Of a stretch of DNA of 64,000 nucleotides, positions 45,001-55,135 are shown piece by piece. The notes below the pieces were generated by a model that saw nothing but the letters and a program-made list of their open reading frames with translations, was not told where the DNA came from and ran no database searches. The translations under genes were made by a program, and so were the position numbers. The DNA comes from Eledone cirrhosa (taxonomy: Eukaryota). Numbering within the stretch: the first letter of the stretch is position 1; every line of letters begins with the position of its first letter. The stretch spans positions 16,430,001-16,494,000 of the forward strand of contig OZ024754.1 in the NCBI GenBank assembly GCA_964016885.1, read 5' to 3'.

Positions 45001-45986
45001 ATTCCTTTCTTTAGATTTATAACTGGGTCAGAGAAAATCCTTTCTTTAGATTTATAACTTGGTCAGAGAAAATCCTTTCTTTAGGTTTATAACTTGGTCA
45101 GAGAAAATCCTTTCTTTAGATTTATAACTTGGTCAGAGAAAATCCTTTCTTTAGATTTATAACTTGGTCAGAGAAAATCCTTTCTTTAGAATTATAACTT
45201 GGTCAGAGAAAATCCTTTCTTTAGATTTATAACTTGGTCAGAGAAAATCCTTTCTTTAGGTTTATAACTTGGTCAGAGAAAATCCTTTCTTTAGATTTAT
45301 AACTTGGTCAGAGAAAATCCTTTCTTTAGATTTATAACTTGGTCAGAGAAAATCCTTTCTTTAGAATTATAACTTGGTCAGAGAAAATCCTTTCTTTAGA
45401 TTTATAACTTGGTCAGAGAAAATCCTTTCTTTAGGTTTATAACTTGGTCAGTGAAAATCCTTTATTTAGATTTATAACTTGGTCAGAGAAAATCCTTTCT
45501 TTAGATTTATAACTTGGTCAGAGAAAATCCTTTCTTTAGGTTTATAACTTGGTCAGAGAAAATCCTTTCTTTAGATTTATAAGTTGGTCAGAGAAAATCC
45601 TTTCTTTAGAATTATAACTTGGTCAGAGAAAATCCTTTCTTTAGATTTATAACTTGGTCAGAGAAAATCCTTTCTTTAGGTTTATAACTTGGTCAGAGAA
45701 AATCCTTTCTTTAGATTTATAACTTGGTCAGAGAAAATCCTTTCTTTAGATTTATAACTTGGTCAGAGAAAATCCTTTCTTTAGAATTATAACTTGGTCA
45801 GAGAAAATCCTTTCTTTAGATTTATAACTTGGTCAGAGAAAATCCTTTCTTCAGGTTTATAACTTGGTCAGTGAAAATCCTTTATTTAGATTTATAACTT
45901 GGTCAGAGAAATTCCTTTCTTTAGATTTATAACTTGGTCAGTGAATATCCTTCTTCAGATTTATAACTGGGTCAGAGAAAATCCTT
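1..45986. repeat. 35-bp satellite DNA array, consensus GGTCAGAGAAAATCCTTTCTTTAGRTTTATAACTT, ~1300 head-to-tail monomers, open at the left edge
   Basis: Period read directly (AGAAAATCCT at 1 and 36; GGTCAG at 45061, 45096, 45131). Recurrent 33-34 bp deletion variants and diagnostic substitutions occur. No spacers, inversions or foreign insertions seen. Confidence 0.99.
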
Positions 45987-46854
45987 ACCCACAGCTATCC
46001 CTGTACCTATGTTGTAAAACAAACTCCTTACCCACAGCTATCCCTGTACCTATGTTGTAAAACAAAATCCTTACCCACAGCTATCCCTGTACCTATGTTG
46101 TAAAATAAACTCCTTACCCACAGCTATCCCTGTACCTATGTTGTAAAACAAACTCCTTACCCACAGCTATCCCTGTACCTATGTTGTAAAACAAACTCCT
46201 TACCCACAGCTATCCCTGTACCTATGTTGTAAAACAAAATCCTTACCCACAGCTATCCCTGTACCTATGTTGTAAAACAAAATCCTTACCCACACATATC
46301 CCTGTACCTATGTTGTAAAACAAACTCCTTAATCACAGCTATCCCTGTACCTATGTTGTAAAACAAAATCCTTACCCACAGCTATCCCTGTACCTATGTT
46401 GTAAAACAAACTCCTTAATCACAGCTATCCCTGTACCTATGTTGTAAAACAAACTCCTTAATCACAGCTATCCCTGTACCTATGTTGTAAAACAAACTCC
46501 TTACCCACAGCTATCCCTGTACCTATGTTGTAAAATAAACTCCTTACCCACAGCTATCCCTGTACCTATGTTGTAAAACAAACTCCTTACCCACAGCTAT
46601 CCCTGTACCTATGTTGTAAAACAAACTCCTTACCCATAGCTATCCCTGTACCTATGTTGTAAAACAAACTCCTTACCCACAGCTATCCCTGTACCTATGT
46701 TGTAAAACAAACTCCTTACCCACAGCTATTCCTGTACCTATGTTGTTAAACAAACTCCTTACCCACAGCTATCCCTGTACCTATGTTGTAAAACAAACTC
46801 CTTACCCACAATTATCCCTGTACCTATGTTGTAAAACAAACTCCTTACCCACAG
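45978..46854. repeat. 43-bp minisatellite (CCTTACCCACAGCTATCCCTGTACCTATGTTGTAAAACAAAMT), ~20 copies
   Basis: CCTTACCC at 45983, 46026, 46069; highly homogeneous; ends in a partial unit at ...CCCACAG 46854. Confidence 0.98.
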
Positions 46855-47941
46855 ACTTTCATCAAAAGCATTCCATCTGTGATTGTCTCTTCTTTGTATA
46901 TCTTAGATTACATTATCTAACGTCTCTTTCCTATAGTAGGTTTCATTTTGGGAGAGCTTAACTATTATTTCTAGCAGACGATATGAAAACATAGCGGTCC
47001 CCTTCTTGCTTTGTGAATTGATTAATTAACTATTTTTTATGATTTAGCTGGGGAGGAGGGAAGTGATAAAAAAAAAAAAATTGAAAAACGTGTGACAAGC
47101 TTTTGGTAAAATATATTACAATAAAATGTTAGTCTTGATTCCTCAGGATTTATTTGAAGGAATAAACGAATAGTTAGTAGGATATTGTTTTGTTTTTTTA
47201 CTGTTATTCTGGTTTCTATGTAGGTCTATGTTTGTATCGGAGAAACGTCTGGGTTGAGAATTAATGTATGTTTACTATGTTAACTTCTGCACTAGTTGTC
47301 TTCGTTTTACCAGATATTCTACTAACACGAATACATTTCCACTATGTAGATGGAATTTCCTAGTTTGCTTTTAATTCATTGACAAGCATTAGTGTAGTGT
47401 CAATTCAATTGAAAGGTAATACGTCATATCATTTCCTTTTGTTTGCTTCTGTCCTTTCAAGGTTGTCTGCACTAGTCAGTAACATTCTTCTCTAATGACC
47501 CATGAGAAATTAAACATTGTTCTTTAATAAACAAAAACAAAAAAATGGAGAAGAAATGCTTAAAGATTTAAGTTGAACAGAATTTACATATCAGTTGGCG
47601 CATGAGATATATAGAAAATGGCTAAAAGATTTCTATTTCAAAATGTGAAGAATATAATTTCTATTTTATGGAAATGGATCTCTATTTTCTTCAATTTTTA
47701 GTCTAGGTCAAGGCTGCCTGTTCTTCAAAGTACAAAATTAGAAGATTTTATTTGGAGAGAAAAACTAATTATAAAGCTATATAATTTCATACTATCACAC
47801 TCAATTTTCTCTTTCTTTCAAATAAGGTTTTTTTTTGTTCTTAACCTTGAAATATCAAGAAATATAAGGTAAAAGTGTAAACTGTTGTGTGTTTCTTCTT
47901 AGTTTACTCTCATTTTCACTCCTTTATCTTGTATTGCTTTT

Positions 47942-48149
47942 TTAAACCCTTTAGCATTTACATTACTCTCTATATTTACTATTATATTTTCATGGTAAAG
48001 GTTTTACCTCACATAATTATCTCACATGTATCAAATCTATGAGACTTTGATATTATTTATTTTGAGAACAATATCTTAACATCAGAATGAGCAGCCAGTT
48101 ATAGCCAGTTTGTACAGAGAGAGGTGAGAGATTCTGGCCAGATATGGCC
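47942..48149 (-). mobile_element. piggyBac-like MITE, copy A (one end missing)
   Basis: Begins TTAAACCCTTTAGCATTTA; body is the reverse complement of copies B/D/F; stops just before copy B. Confidence 0.8.
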
Positions 48150-48152
48150 TCT

Positions 48153-48593
48153 TTAACCCTTTAACATTTAAACCGGCCATATCCGGCCACAATTCTCCAC
48201 CTTTTTTTTTTGTTCAAACTGGCTGTAACCAGCCTCTCATACTTATGTTAAGGTATTGTTCTCAAAACAAATAATATCAAGATCTCGTAGATTCAATATT
48301 ACATGAAATAATTATATAAGATAAAGCCTTTACCACAGAAATACAATAGTATATATATAGAGTAATGTAAATGTTATGTGAGATATATGAGATAAAGCCT
48401 TTACCACAGAAATACAATAGTATATATATAGAGTAATGTAAATATTATGTGAGATATATGAGATAAAGCCTTTACCACAGAAATACAATAGTATATATAG
48501 AGTAATGTAAATGTTATGTGGGAATATGAGATAAAGCCTTCACCACAAAAATACAATAGTAAATATAGAGTAATGTAAATGCTAAAGGGTTAA
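48153..48593 (+). mobile_element. piggyBac-like MITE, copy B, with 4 internal ~70-bp tandem repeats
   Basis: TTAA-CCCTTTAACATTTA ... TAAATGCTAAAGGG-TTAA. TTAA flanks with CCC/GGG termini are the piggyBac signature. ATAAAGCC recurs at 48321, 48392, 48463, 48531. Confidence 0.88.
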
Positions 48594-48687
48594 ACAATTT
48601 TAACCAAATATTTCTCAATGTTTTGCGCAAACTAAAGAATTTAGTTTACACTAAAAACGAAGAGAGCAGACCACCAGAGAACTGGAT

Positions 48688-49039
48688 AGGAGTGGGATAA
48701 GGATATATGGATAGAGTGGGATAAGGATATATGGATAGAGTGGGATAAGGATATATGGATGGAGTGGGTTAAGGATATATGGATAGAGTGGGTTAAGGAT
48801 ATATGGATGGTGTGGGTTAAGGATATATGGATGGTGTGGGTTAAGGATATATGGATGGTGTGGGTTAAGGATATATGGATAGAGTGGGTTAAGGATATAT
48901 GGATAGAGTGGGTTAAGGATATATGGATGGTGTGGGTTAAGGATATATGGATAGAGTGGGTTAAGGATATATGGATAGAGTGGGTTAAGGATATATGGAT
49001 GGTGTGGGTTAAGGATATATGGATAGAGTGGGTTAAGGA
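48688..49039. repeat. 24-bp minisatellite (GGATATATGGATAGAGTGGGTTAA), ~14 copies
   Basis: Direct tandem periodicity; accounts for ORFs 48641-49093 and 48759-49052. Confidence 0.97.
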
Positions 49040-49103
49040 AATATCTTGTTGAATTAATTTCTTTGTACTTTCTTTAGATTCTTTAATTCTCATGTAGGTG
49101 CCA

Positions 49104-49218
49104 GTGTGTATGTTTGGGTGTGTATATATGTATGTGGGTGTTTGGGTGTATATATATATGTGTGCGGGTGTGTATGTATATGTGTGTACATATATGTACG
49201 TGGGTGTGTGAGTGTGTA
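49104..49218. repeat. Degenerate (TG/TA)n microsatellite
   Basis: Direct reading. Confidence 0.85.
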
Positions 49219-49409
49219 TTTTTTTTTTGTTTATTTTAATGACACTATTTCAGTAACACAACCACTATCTAATTAAAGGCTGTTAAGTTGAATGTTAAAC
49301 ACTTAATGGTTCACACATTAAAGGAAGCAGGAAAGTTGTGATTTAGTATGATGATACCTAACTTGTGTAAAGAGTAGCTATTGTGAATGAACTGTTCACC
49401 CTAGCTAAT

Positions 49410-49830
49410 GCCATAGCTTCTATGTGGTCGCCTAACTTACTAGAAATAGCAACCAAATCTCTTTGAACCCTTTAGCATTTACTCTATATATACTATTGTA
49501 TTTTTGTGGTAAAGGCTTTATCTCACATAATATCGAATCTGTGAGATTTTGATATTATTTATTTTGAGAACGATACCTCAACATCAGTATGAGTGGCCAG
49601 TTATGGCTGGTTTGAACAGAAAGAGGTGAGAGAATTCTGGCCGGATATGACCAGTTTAAATGCTAATGGGTTAAATCACAGCCTAGCATCTTAAATAAAG
49701 AAAAGACATTTTCAATAATGTATTCCCACATACCTCTAAAAGGACAGCATGGGTGGTCATTGTTGGAATGGCTTTGATCGTAGGTCTGGTCTTTAATCAT
49801 GGCTGACTTAAGGCTTCACAACAAAACAAC
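49410..49830 (+). mobile_element. Degenerate interspersed repeat (SINE-like 3' part ending in an (AAC)n-like tail), interrupted by MITE copy C
   Basis: CTAGAAATAGCAACCAAATCTC | ATCACAGCCTAGCATCTTAAA...GGAATGGCTTTGATC...ACAACAAAACAAC resembles, from recall, a common Octopus repeat. Only one copy here; boundaries approximate. Confidence 0.5.
49464..49674 (-). mobile_element. piggyBac-like MITE, copy C
   Basis: TGAA-CCCTTTAGCATTTA ... TAAATGCTAATGGG-TTAA; body matches copies A/E. Confidence 0.87.
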
Positions 49831-49943
49831 TTGTGTATCTATGAAGATAAAAAAAGATTATCTTGGATGTAGTTATGTAGTTATGTCAACAGTTCAGCAT
49901 GTGATATATTTTCAAAGATCAATAGATCACACCTTTATTAATT

Positions 49944-50190
49944 AAGGTGGGGGATTGGTAGAGTTGTTAGAGCATTGAACAAAATACTTTACAGTATTTG
50001 TTACAACCCATCATGTTCTGATTTCAAATCCTGCTGAGGTTAATTTCATCCTTCCAGAAATTAATAAAATAAAGTTCCAATATAGTGCTTGGGGTGGGGG
50101 TTGACTTTAATCCACTTTCCCTCCTCCTCCTTCACCCATTATTCCTGAGAGGCTCGTGGGGCCGGAGTCCTCCCCTCAAAAATTGCTGGC
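49944..50190 (+). mobile_element. Degenerate tRNA-type SINE
   Basis: A-box-like TGGTAGAGTTGTTAG, B-box-like ATTTCAAATCC, then TTTCATCCTT...ATAAAATAAAGT; homologous to the copies at 50195, 52416 and 59572. Confidence 0.7.
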
Positions 50191-50194
50191 CTTT

Positions 50195-50404
50195 GGTAGA
50201 ATTGACAAGTGCTTAGCAGTATTTGTTCTGGTCCTTTGTATTCTGAGTTCAAATCCCACGAAGACCAAGTTTGTCTTTCACCCTTCCAGGGGTTGATAAA
50301 ATAAAGCATACCAGTATAGTGCTGGGGTCAACTTTAATCGCCCCCCCCCCCCCCCTCCCTAAACAAATTGCTGGCCTTGTACATAAATTAGAAATCAGTA
50401 ATTA
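50195..50404 (+). mobile_element. tRNA-type SINE, second tandem copy
   Basis: GAGTTCAAATCCC B-box, CTTTCACCCTTCCAGGGGTTGATAAAATAAAG core, tail AATTGCTGGCCTTGT...TAGAAA shared with the copy at 59472-59572. Confidence 0.78.
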
Positions 50405-50469
50405 AGCAACATAAGCAAGGCTTATATAACCTGCTATCCATAGATTATATTACAAGTGGGAAATGTTTT

Positions 50470-50935
50470 GTTTGGCACCTTAATTAATAGGTGTCTGGCA
50501 CCTTAATTAATAGGTGTTTGGCACCTTAATTAATAGGTGTCTGGCACCTTAATTAATAGGTGTCTGGCACCTTAATTAATAGGTGTTTGGCACCTTAATT
50601 AATAGGTGTCTGGCACCTTAATTAATAGGTGTTTGGAACCTTAATTAATAGGTGTTTGGAACCTTAATTAATGGATGTCTGGCACCTTAATTAATAGGTG
50701 TTTGGAACCTTAATTAATAGGTGTTTGGAACCTTAATTAATAGATGTTTGGCACCTTAATTAATAGGTGTTTGGAACCTTAATTAATAGGTGTTTGGAAC
50801 CTTAATTAATAGGGGTTTGGCACCTTAATTAATAGGTGTTTGGCACCTTAATTAATAGGTGTTTGGCACCTTAATTAATAGGGGTTTGGCACCTTAATTA
50901 ATAGGTGTTTGACACCTTAATTAATAGGAGTTTGA
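50470..50935. repeat. 23-bp quasi-palindromic minisatellite (GGCACCTTAATTAATAGGTGTYT), ~20 copies
   Basis: GGCACC at 50474, 50497, 50520; the unit contains CACCT-TAATTAAT-AGGTG dyad symmetry. Confidence 0.97.
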
Positions 50936-51136
50936 CAGTACTATGTAATGTCTACTTGTTACAAAGGCCACCATACTTTAATTTGACTTCCACCACCTCA
51001 GCTATTATCTTTACCACTGCCGCCACCACCACCACCTGCTCCTGCTCCTCCTTTTCACTGGATGGACTTGCTGTTTTTTGTCATGTAACCAGCATGACCA
51101 CCTTATAGCAGGGACTGGGTGCTTTCCTATCCATAT

Positions 51137-51263
51137 AGGGGCTAACTTTGCGATGGACTGGGGTCCTGTCCAGGAGGAAGTCTTGTGCTCTCAGTTGCTT
51201 AGCACCAAAAATGAAACTGTGGATAAGCTTGATGAGCCTGATGGCTTGGGACAAAATAACTTT
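51137..51263 (+). mobile_element. SINE fragment of a second family (Deu/Nin-domain-like)
   Basis: TGCGATGGACTGG..CCTGTCCAGGAGGAAGTCTTGTGCTCTCAGT...TGATGAGC aligns with 56385-56485. Family assignment from recall. Confidence 0.65.
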
Positions 51264-51380
51264 AAAAAAAATTTTGGTTTACTGTAAATTTTCTCAATGA
51301 TCTGTATACTAGTAAACATTCTATAAACATTTGAATGTACAAACCTCTTTTTATGTTTTCTGCTAAACTATTACAGGATA

Positions 51381-51668
51381 TTAACCCTTTAGCATTTAAA
51401 TCGGCCATATCTGGCCAGAATTATCTCACCCCTTTCTGTTCAAACCTGTTGTAACTGGTCACTCATACCGATGTTAAGGAATTGTTCTCAAAATAAATAA
51501 TAACAACAAAATCTCATAGACTCGATATTATGCGAGATAACGCCTTTACTGCAAAACTACAGTAGTAAATATAGAGTAATGTAAATGCTATGCAAGATAT
51601 GTGAGATAAAGCCTTTACTGGGAAAATACAATAGTATATATAGAGTAATGTAAATGGTAAAGGTTTAA
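51381..51668 (+). mobile_element. piggyBac-like MITE, copy D, with 2 internal ~69-bp repeats
   Basis: TTAA-CCCTTTAGCATTTA ... TAAATGGTAAAGGT-TTAA. Confidence 0.87.
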
Positions 51669-52002
51669 ATAGTGTTAGATATGGTTTCAGGAAGTTATAA
51701 ACTCCATTTTTATGTCAATAGAAACGCCTTTATTTGCTGATCTTTATTGTGAGAGATATTCATTTATCAGAGATAAAATGGTGGCAAGATTTAGAATATT
51801 TACAGCTTATTGACAAAAGAAGGATATGGATAGTTTTCTCTTCATGTGAAATGTATAAAAGATGCTTTTCTTTTATTGCTATAAAATTTCTTATTTCTAC
51901 AAATTGTTGTTAACCTATTTACCTGTCATTCCAATATGTCATGGGAGATTATATCATTAGGATTATTTCCATTCATATATCTATATTGCCATAAATAGCT
52001 AT

Positions 52003-52270
52003 CTCTCACTCTCTCTCCCTTCCCTCTTTCTCTCCTCTCTCCCCTCTCTCACTCTCTCTCGCTTCCCTCTTTCTCTCCTCTCTCCCCTCTCTCACTCTCT
52101 CTCGCTTCCCTCTTTCTCCCCTCTCTTTCTCCCCCTCACCCACTTTCCTCTCTCCCTTTCTCACCTCCCTCTCCTCTCTCTTTTCTTCCCCTCTCATCTG
52201 TATCTTTCTTTCTTCTCTCTCCTCCCCTTCTCTTGTCTTTCCCCTCTCTCTCTTCTCTCCACCCTCCCCC
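52003..52270. repeat. CT-rich polypyrimidine tract with ~43-bp internal periodicity
   Basis: CACTCTCTCTC at 52007, 52050, 52093. Confidence 0.9.
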
Positions 52271-52415
52271 TATTGACAACAATTTCAATGAGCAAATTTT
52301 TTACATGACCAACTCTTTTCACATTACCATTTCACTCTTAAATATTACTTAAGTGGTTCAGCCATTGTCATTACCTTGATCAGAGCAAGGTAGAATATTA
52401 TTATTACTTGGATCA

Positions 52416-52563
52416 GAGGGGGATTGGCAGTATCAGTAGAGGGTCAGACACCATGCTTTGCAACATAGACTTACGGCCCTTTATGGTCTGAGTTCAAATC
52501 CCGCCAAGGTGAACTTTGCCTTTCATCCTTACGTGGTCGATAAAATAAAGCACCAGTAATGCA
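52416..52563 (+). mobile_element. tRNA-type SINE (Meta-domain-like core), 3' truncated
   Basis: GGATTGGCAGTATCAGTAGAGGGTC...GAGTTCAAATCCCGCC...ACTTTGCCTTTCATCCTTACGTGGTCGATAAAATAAAGCACCAGT; closely matches 59572-59700. Confidence 0.85.
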
Positions 52564-52864
52564 GAGTTGTTTAAAACCTTAATAATGAGAAAGTTAGCAA
52601 TGAAATAACTACTATGGAAGAAATAAATGTCTGTAAATTGTGATTAACAACTGTTGTTATAACGAGAAGGCCTTAAGTCTCATAGAAAGTTAATTATATT
52701 TCTAAATTTTCACAAATTCTTGATTAATTAAAAAATAATTTGAAAATCATCAACATTAATTAGAAATATGGTAATAAAAGGTTAAAATATGGAAGGGTGA
52801 AATGGCAGATTAATCTGGTACCTTTCTTTGATCTTAGGTCTGGGGTTATACAACAAAAAGTAAG

Positions 52865-53667
52865 TACATGGGTCAGCTGAAAAGTTCATAGTATGACCAA
52901 GACACTCTCATGGAATGACCAAATGAGATTCATTTTTCAACATACTCCATAGAAAGAAACAATGTAGTTATTAATAAGAAGAGTTGAAATTAATGCATAC
53001 AAGATTTCACAGCTCTAGCATCACTCTTTGGCTTTGCCAAGTTCAAAATATCCTAGAAATACCATATGTTACTACAGCACTCCTATGACTCCACTGGAAG
53101 TCACTGGTCCATACACAAGGAAATGAAATCACTTAAGATATCATCCCTTCTAAATACTTTAGACTCTTCTTTGTTTTGTTCCTGAAATCTTGACTTCACC
53201 GGAAGTTGTGTGTCCATACATACATACAATTACTTTTAAAGTGTTCTAAATGTTTCAGGAAGAAAGCTAATATCAACTATTTGATTACATCCAAGTTTTG
53301 TTTAAAGCTTTTCCAATAAAATTTTATTTACATTTCCCCCCAACATTGAATTTTCTTTAAACTGAAGACATTATTTGTGAATACCAAGTATTTCATCAAT
53401 TTATTTGATTCAGTAAATTTTATTCTTTAGTAGCATTACTCAAAACATCAGTCTGTCAATATGGCATATTCTAGAAAATTGATGTTTTAACCTTCTATTG
53501 TGTCTGTTTAGAGGTGTACTATGTAATGTCTACATGTTAGAGGTGTACTATGTAATGTCTGCATGTTAGAAAGGTCAAATATTTCGTCACATTAGTTTAT
53601 GTATATTTCACAGCTCTAGCATCACTCCTTTATAGTCAGCCTATGAACTGTTCAGCCTACCCTCGTA
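52865..53667. mobile_element. Tc1/mariner-like MITE carrying a ~580-bp internal insert
   Basis: TA-CATGGGTCAGCTGAAAAGTTCATAG ... CTATGAACTGTTCAGCCTACCCTCG-TA: imperfect TIRs with TA flanks. An uninterrupted sibling lies at 59003-59181. Confidence 0.8.
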
Positions 53668-54162
53668 GTTGACAGTTCAGGTTGGTTATGTTAGTATTTC
53701 TAATACTTTACAGTCTTTATTGATATTTAGGGAGATGTGAGCTGTCATCACTGGATGATGTCTACAAGATTGTTAAAACTAATGTTCTAATAATGTTTTG
53801 TTTGAAAATAAAAAAAAATGTGTATATATGTGTATATATGTGTTTGTATGTATGTGTTTGTGAGTAGTATGTGTGTGATATTATATCTGTGGGGATAATT
53901 CAAATGGTAGAGAGCCAGATAAGATATTTTACAATATAAACAGTTCAATACTTCTTGAAAGTGAAATCACCACAGAAACAACTTCTTCCTTTTTTTGCTT
54001 CCCCAAATTATCGTCTGACATTAGATAAACTGTTCAGCTGCAATATAAAATAGGAAACTCTTCTTTTATTAGAAATGGTTGCTCTTTTCAGTGATTTTAA
54101 TACAGAATCTAGATTACCATTTATTATTCTTCACCTCTCATACGATGAAAAAATAATATTAT

Positions 54163-54378
54163 TTAACCCCTTAGTATTTACGTTTCTCTATATTTACTAT
54201 TATATTTTCATGGTAAAGGCTTTACCTCACATAATATTGAATCTATGAGATTTTGATGTTATTTATTTTGAGAACAATAGCTTAACATCAGTATGAGTGG
54301 ACAGTTTTGGCCGGTTTGAACTGAAAGAGGTGAGAGAATTCTGGCCAGCTATAGCCAGTTTAAATGCTAAAGGGTTAA
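54163..54378 (-). mobile_element. piggyBac-like MITE, copy E
   Basis: TTAA-CCCCTTAGTATTTA ... TAAATGCTAAAGGG-TTAA. Confidence 0.88.
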
Positions 54379-54828
54379 GGGAATCTCGCTATTTCCATCC
54401 CACCATTTTTTAAATATTTGAATACCGTATTCTTCTGTGCATTGTGTACATTTGTGTATAATGCAGCCCCCGCCCCCTTTTTGACCAGAAACATCTCTGG
54501 AAAAGCCTGGTTTCCAGAGATCTATTCAGATAAACTATTAGAATTCCAGTGCTACATTATACAATAATGCAAGATCCATAATATTGTATAAGAGAAGGAA
54601 CAATTGGAGTCAAAAGGTAGTCAGTGTTGGTTGATTCTTGATACAGACTCCTGTTTTCTCAGGAACAGGTCTGAAAGAAAAAACAAACAAGGAAAAAAGT
54701 GAAAAAAAAAACTGTGTGATATACGTGGAAGAATACCATAGGTGTTGGTGAAATGTCAGTAGGCTATGATACAGTTAGCTAGATTCTAACACAATAGTCT
54801 GATGCATGCAGAGTTCAATACATTGCTT

Positions 54829-55056
54829 TTAACCCATTAGCATTTAAACTGGTCATAGCTGGCCAAACTTCTCTCACCTCTTTCTGTTCAAACTGGCTAT
54901 AACTAGTCACTCATACTGATGTTAAAGTATTGTTCTCAAAATAAATATTATCAAAATCTCATAGATTTGATATTATGTGAGATATTATGTAAGGTAAAGC
55001 CTTTACCACGAAAATATAATAGTAAATATAGAGTAATGTAAATGCTAAAGGGTTAA
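54829..55056 (+). mobile_element. piggyBac-like MITE, copy F
   Basis: TTAA-CCCATTAGCATTTA ... TAAATGCTAAAGGG-TTAA. Confidence 0.88.
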
Positions 55057-55135
55057 AGTATTTCAACAATAAATGTAATCTTGGGGAGAAACCGGTGGCT
55101 ACAGTGATTAGCAATTGAATGGGGACAATATAGAG

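Noticed and set aside
1-45986. CRISPR array (35-bp repeat length)
   Set aside because: Monomers are contiguous with no unique spacers, there are no cas genes, and the context is eukaryotic.
46740-46961. 73-aa ORF
   Set aside because: Translation of the end of the 43-bp minisatellite; no coding evidence.
48700-49039. Telomere-like GGGTTA motif
   Set aside because: One GGGTTA per 24-bp unit, not a (TTAGGG)n run; the TTAGGG at ~57538 is also isolated.
48641-49093. 150-aa and 97-aa repetitive ORFs
   Set aside because: Produced by the 24-bp unit lacking stops in those frames.
52838-52859. Possible 22-nt microexon (CTTAG|...|GTAAGT)
   Set aside because: Such signals are common by chance in AT-rich DNA, the length is not a multiple of 3, and the donor overlaps a MITE end.
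54493-54521. 11-bp perfect stem-loop ATCTCTGGAAA/TTTCCAGAGAT
   Set aside because: Real but isolated; no supporting context for a function.
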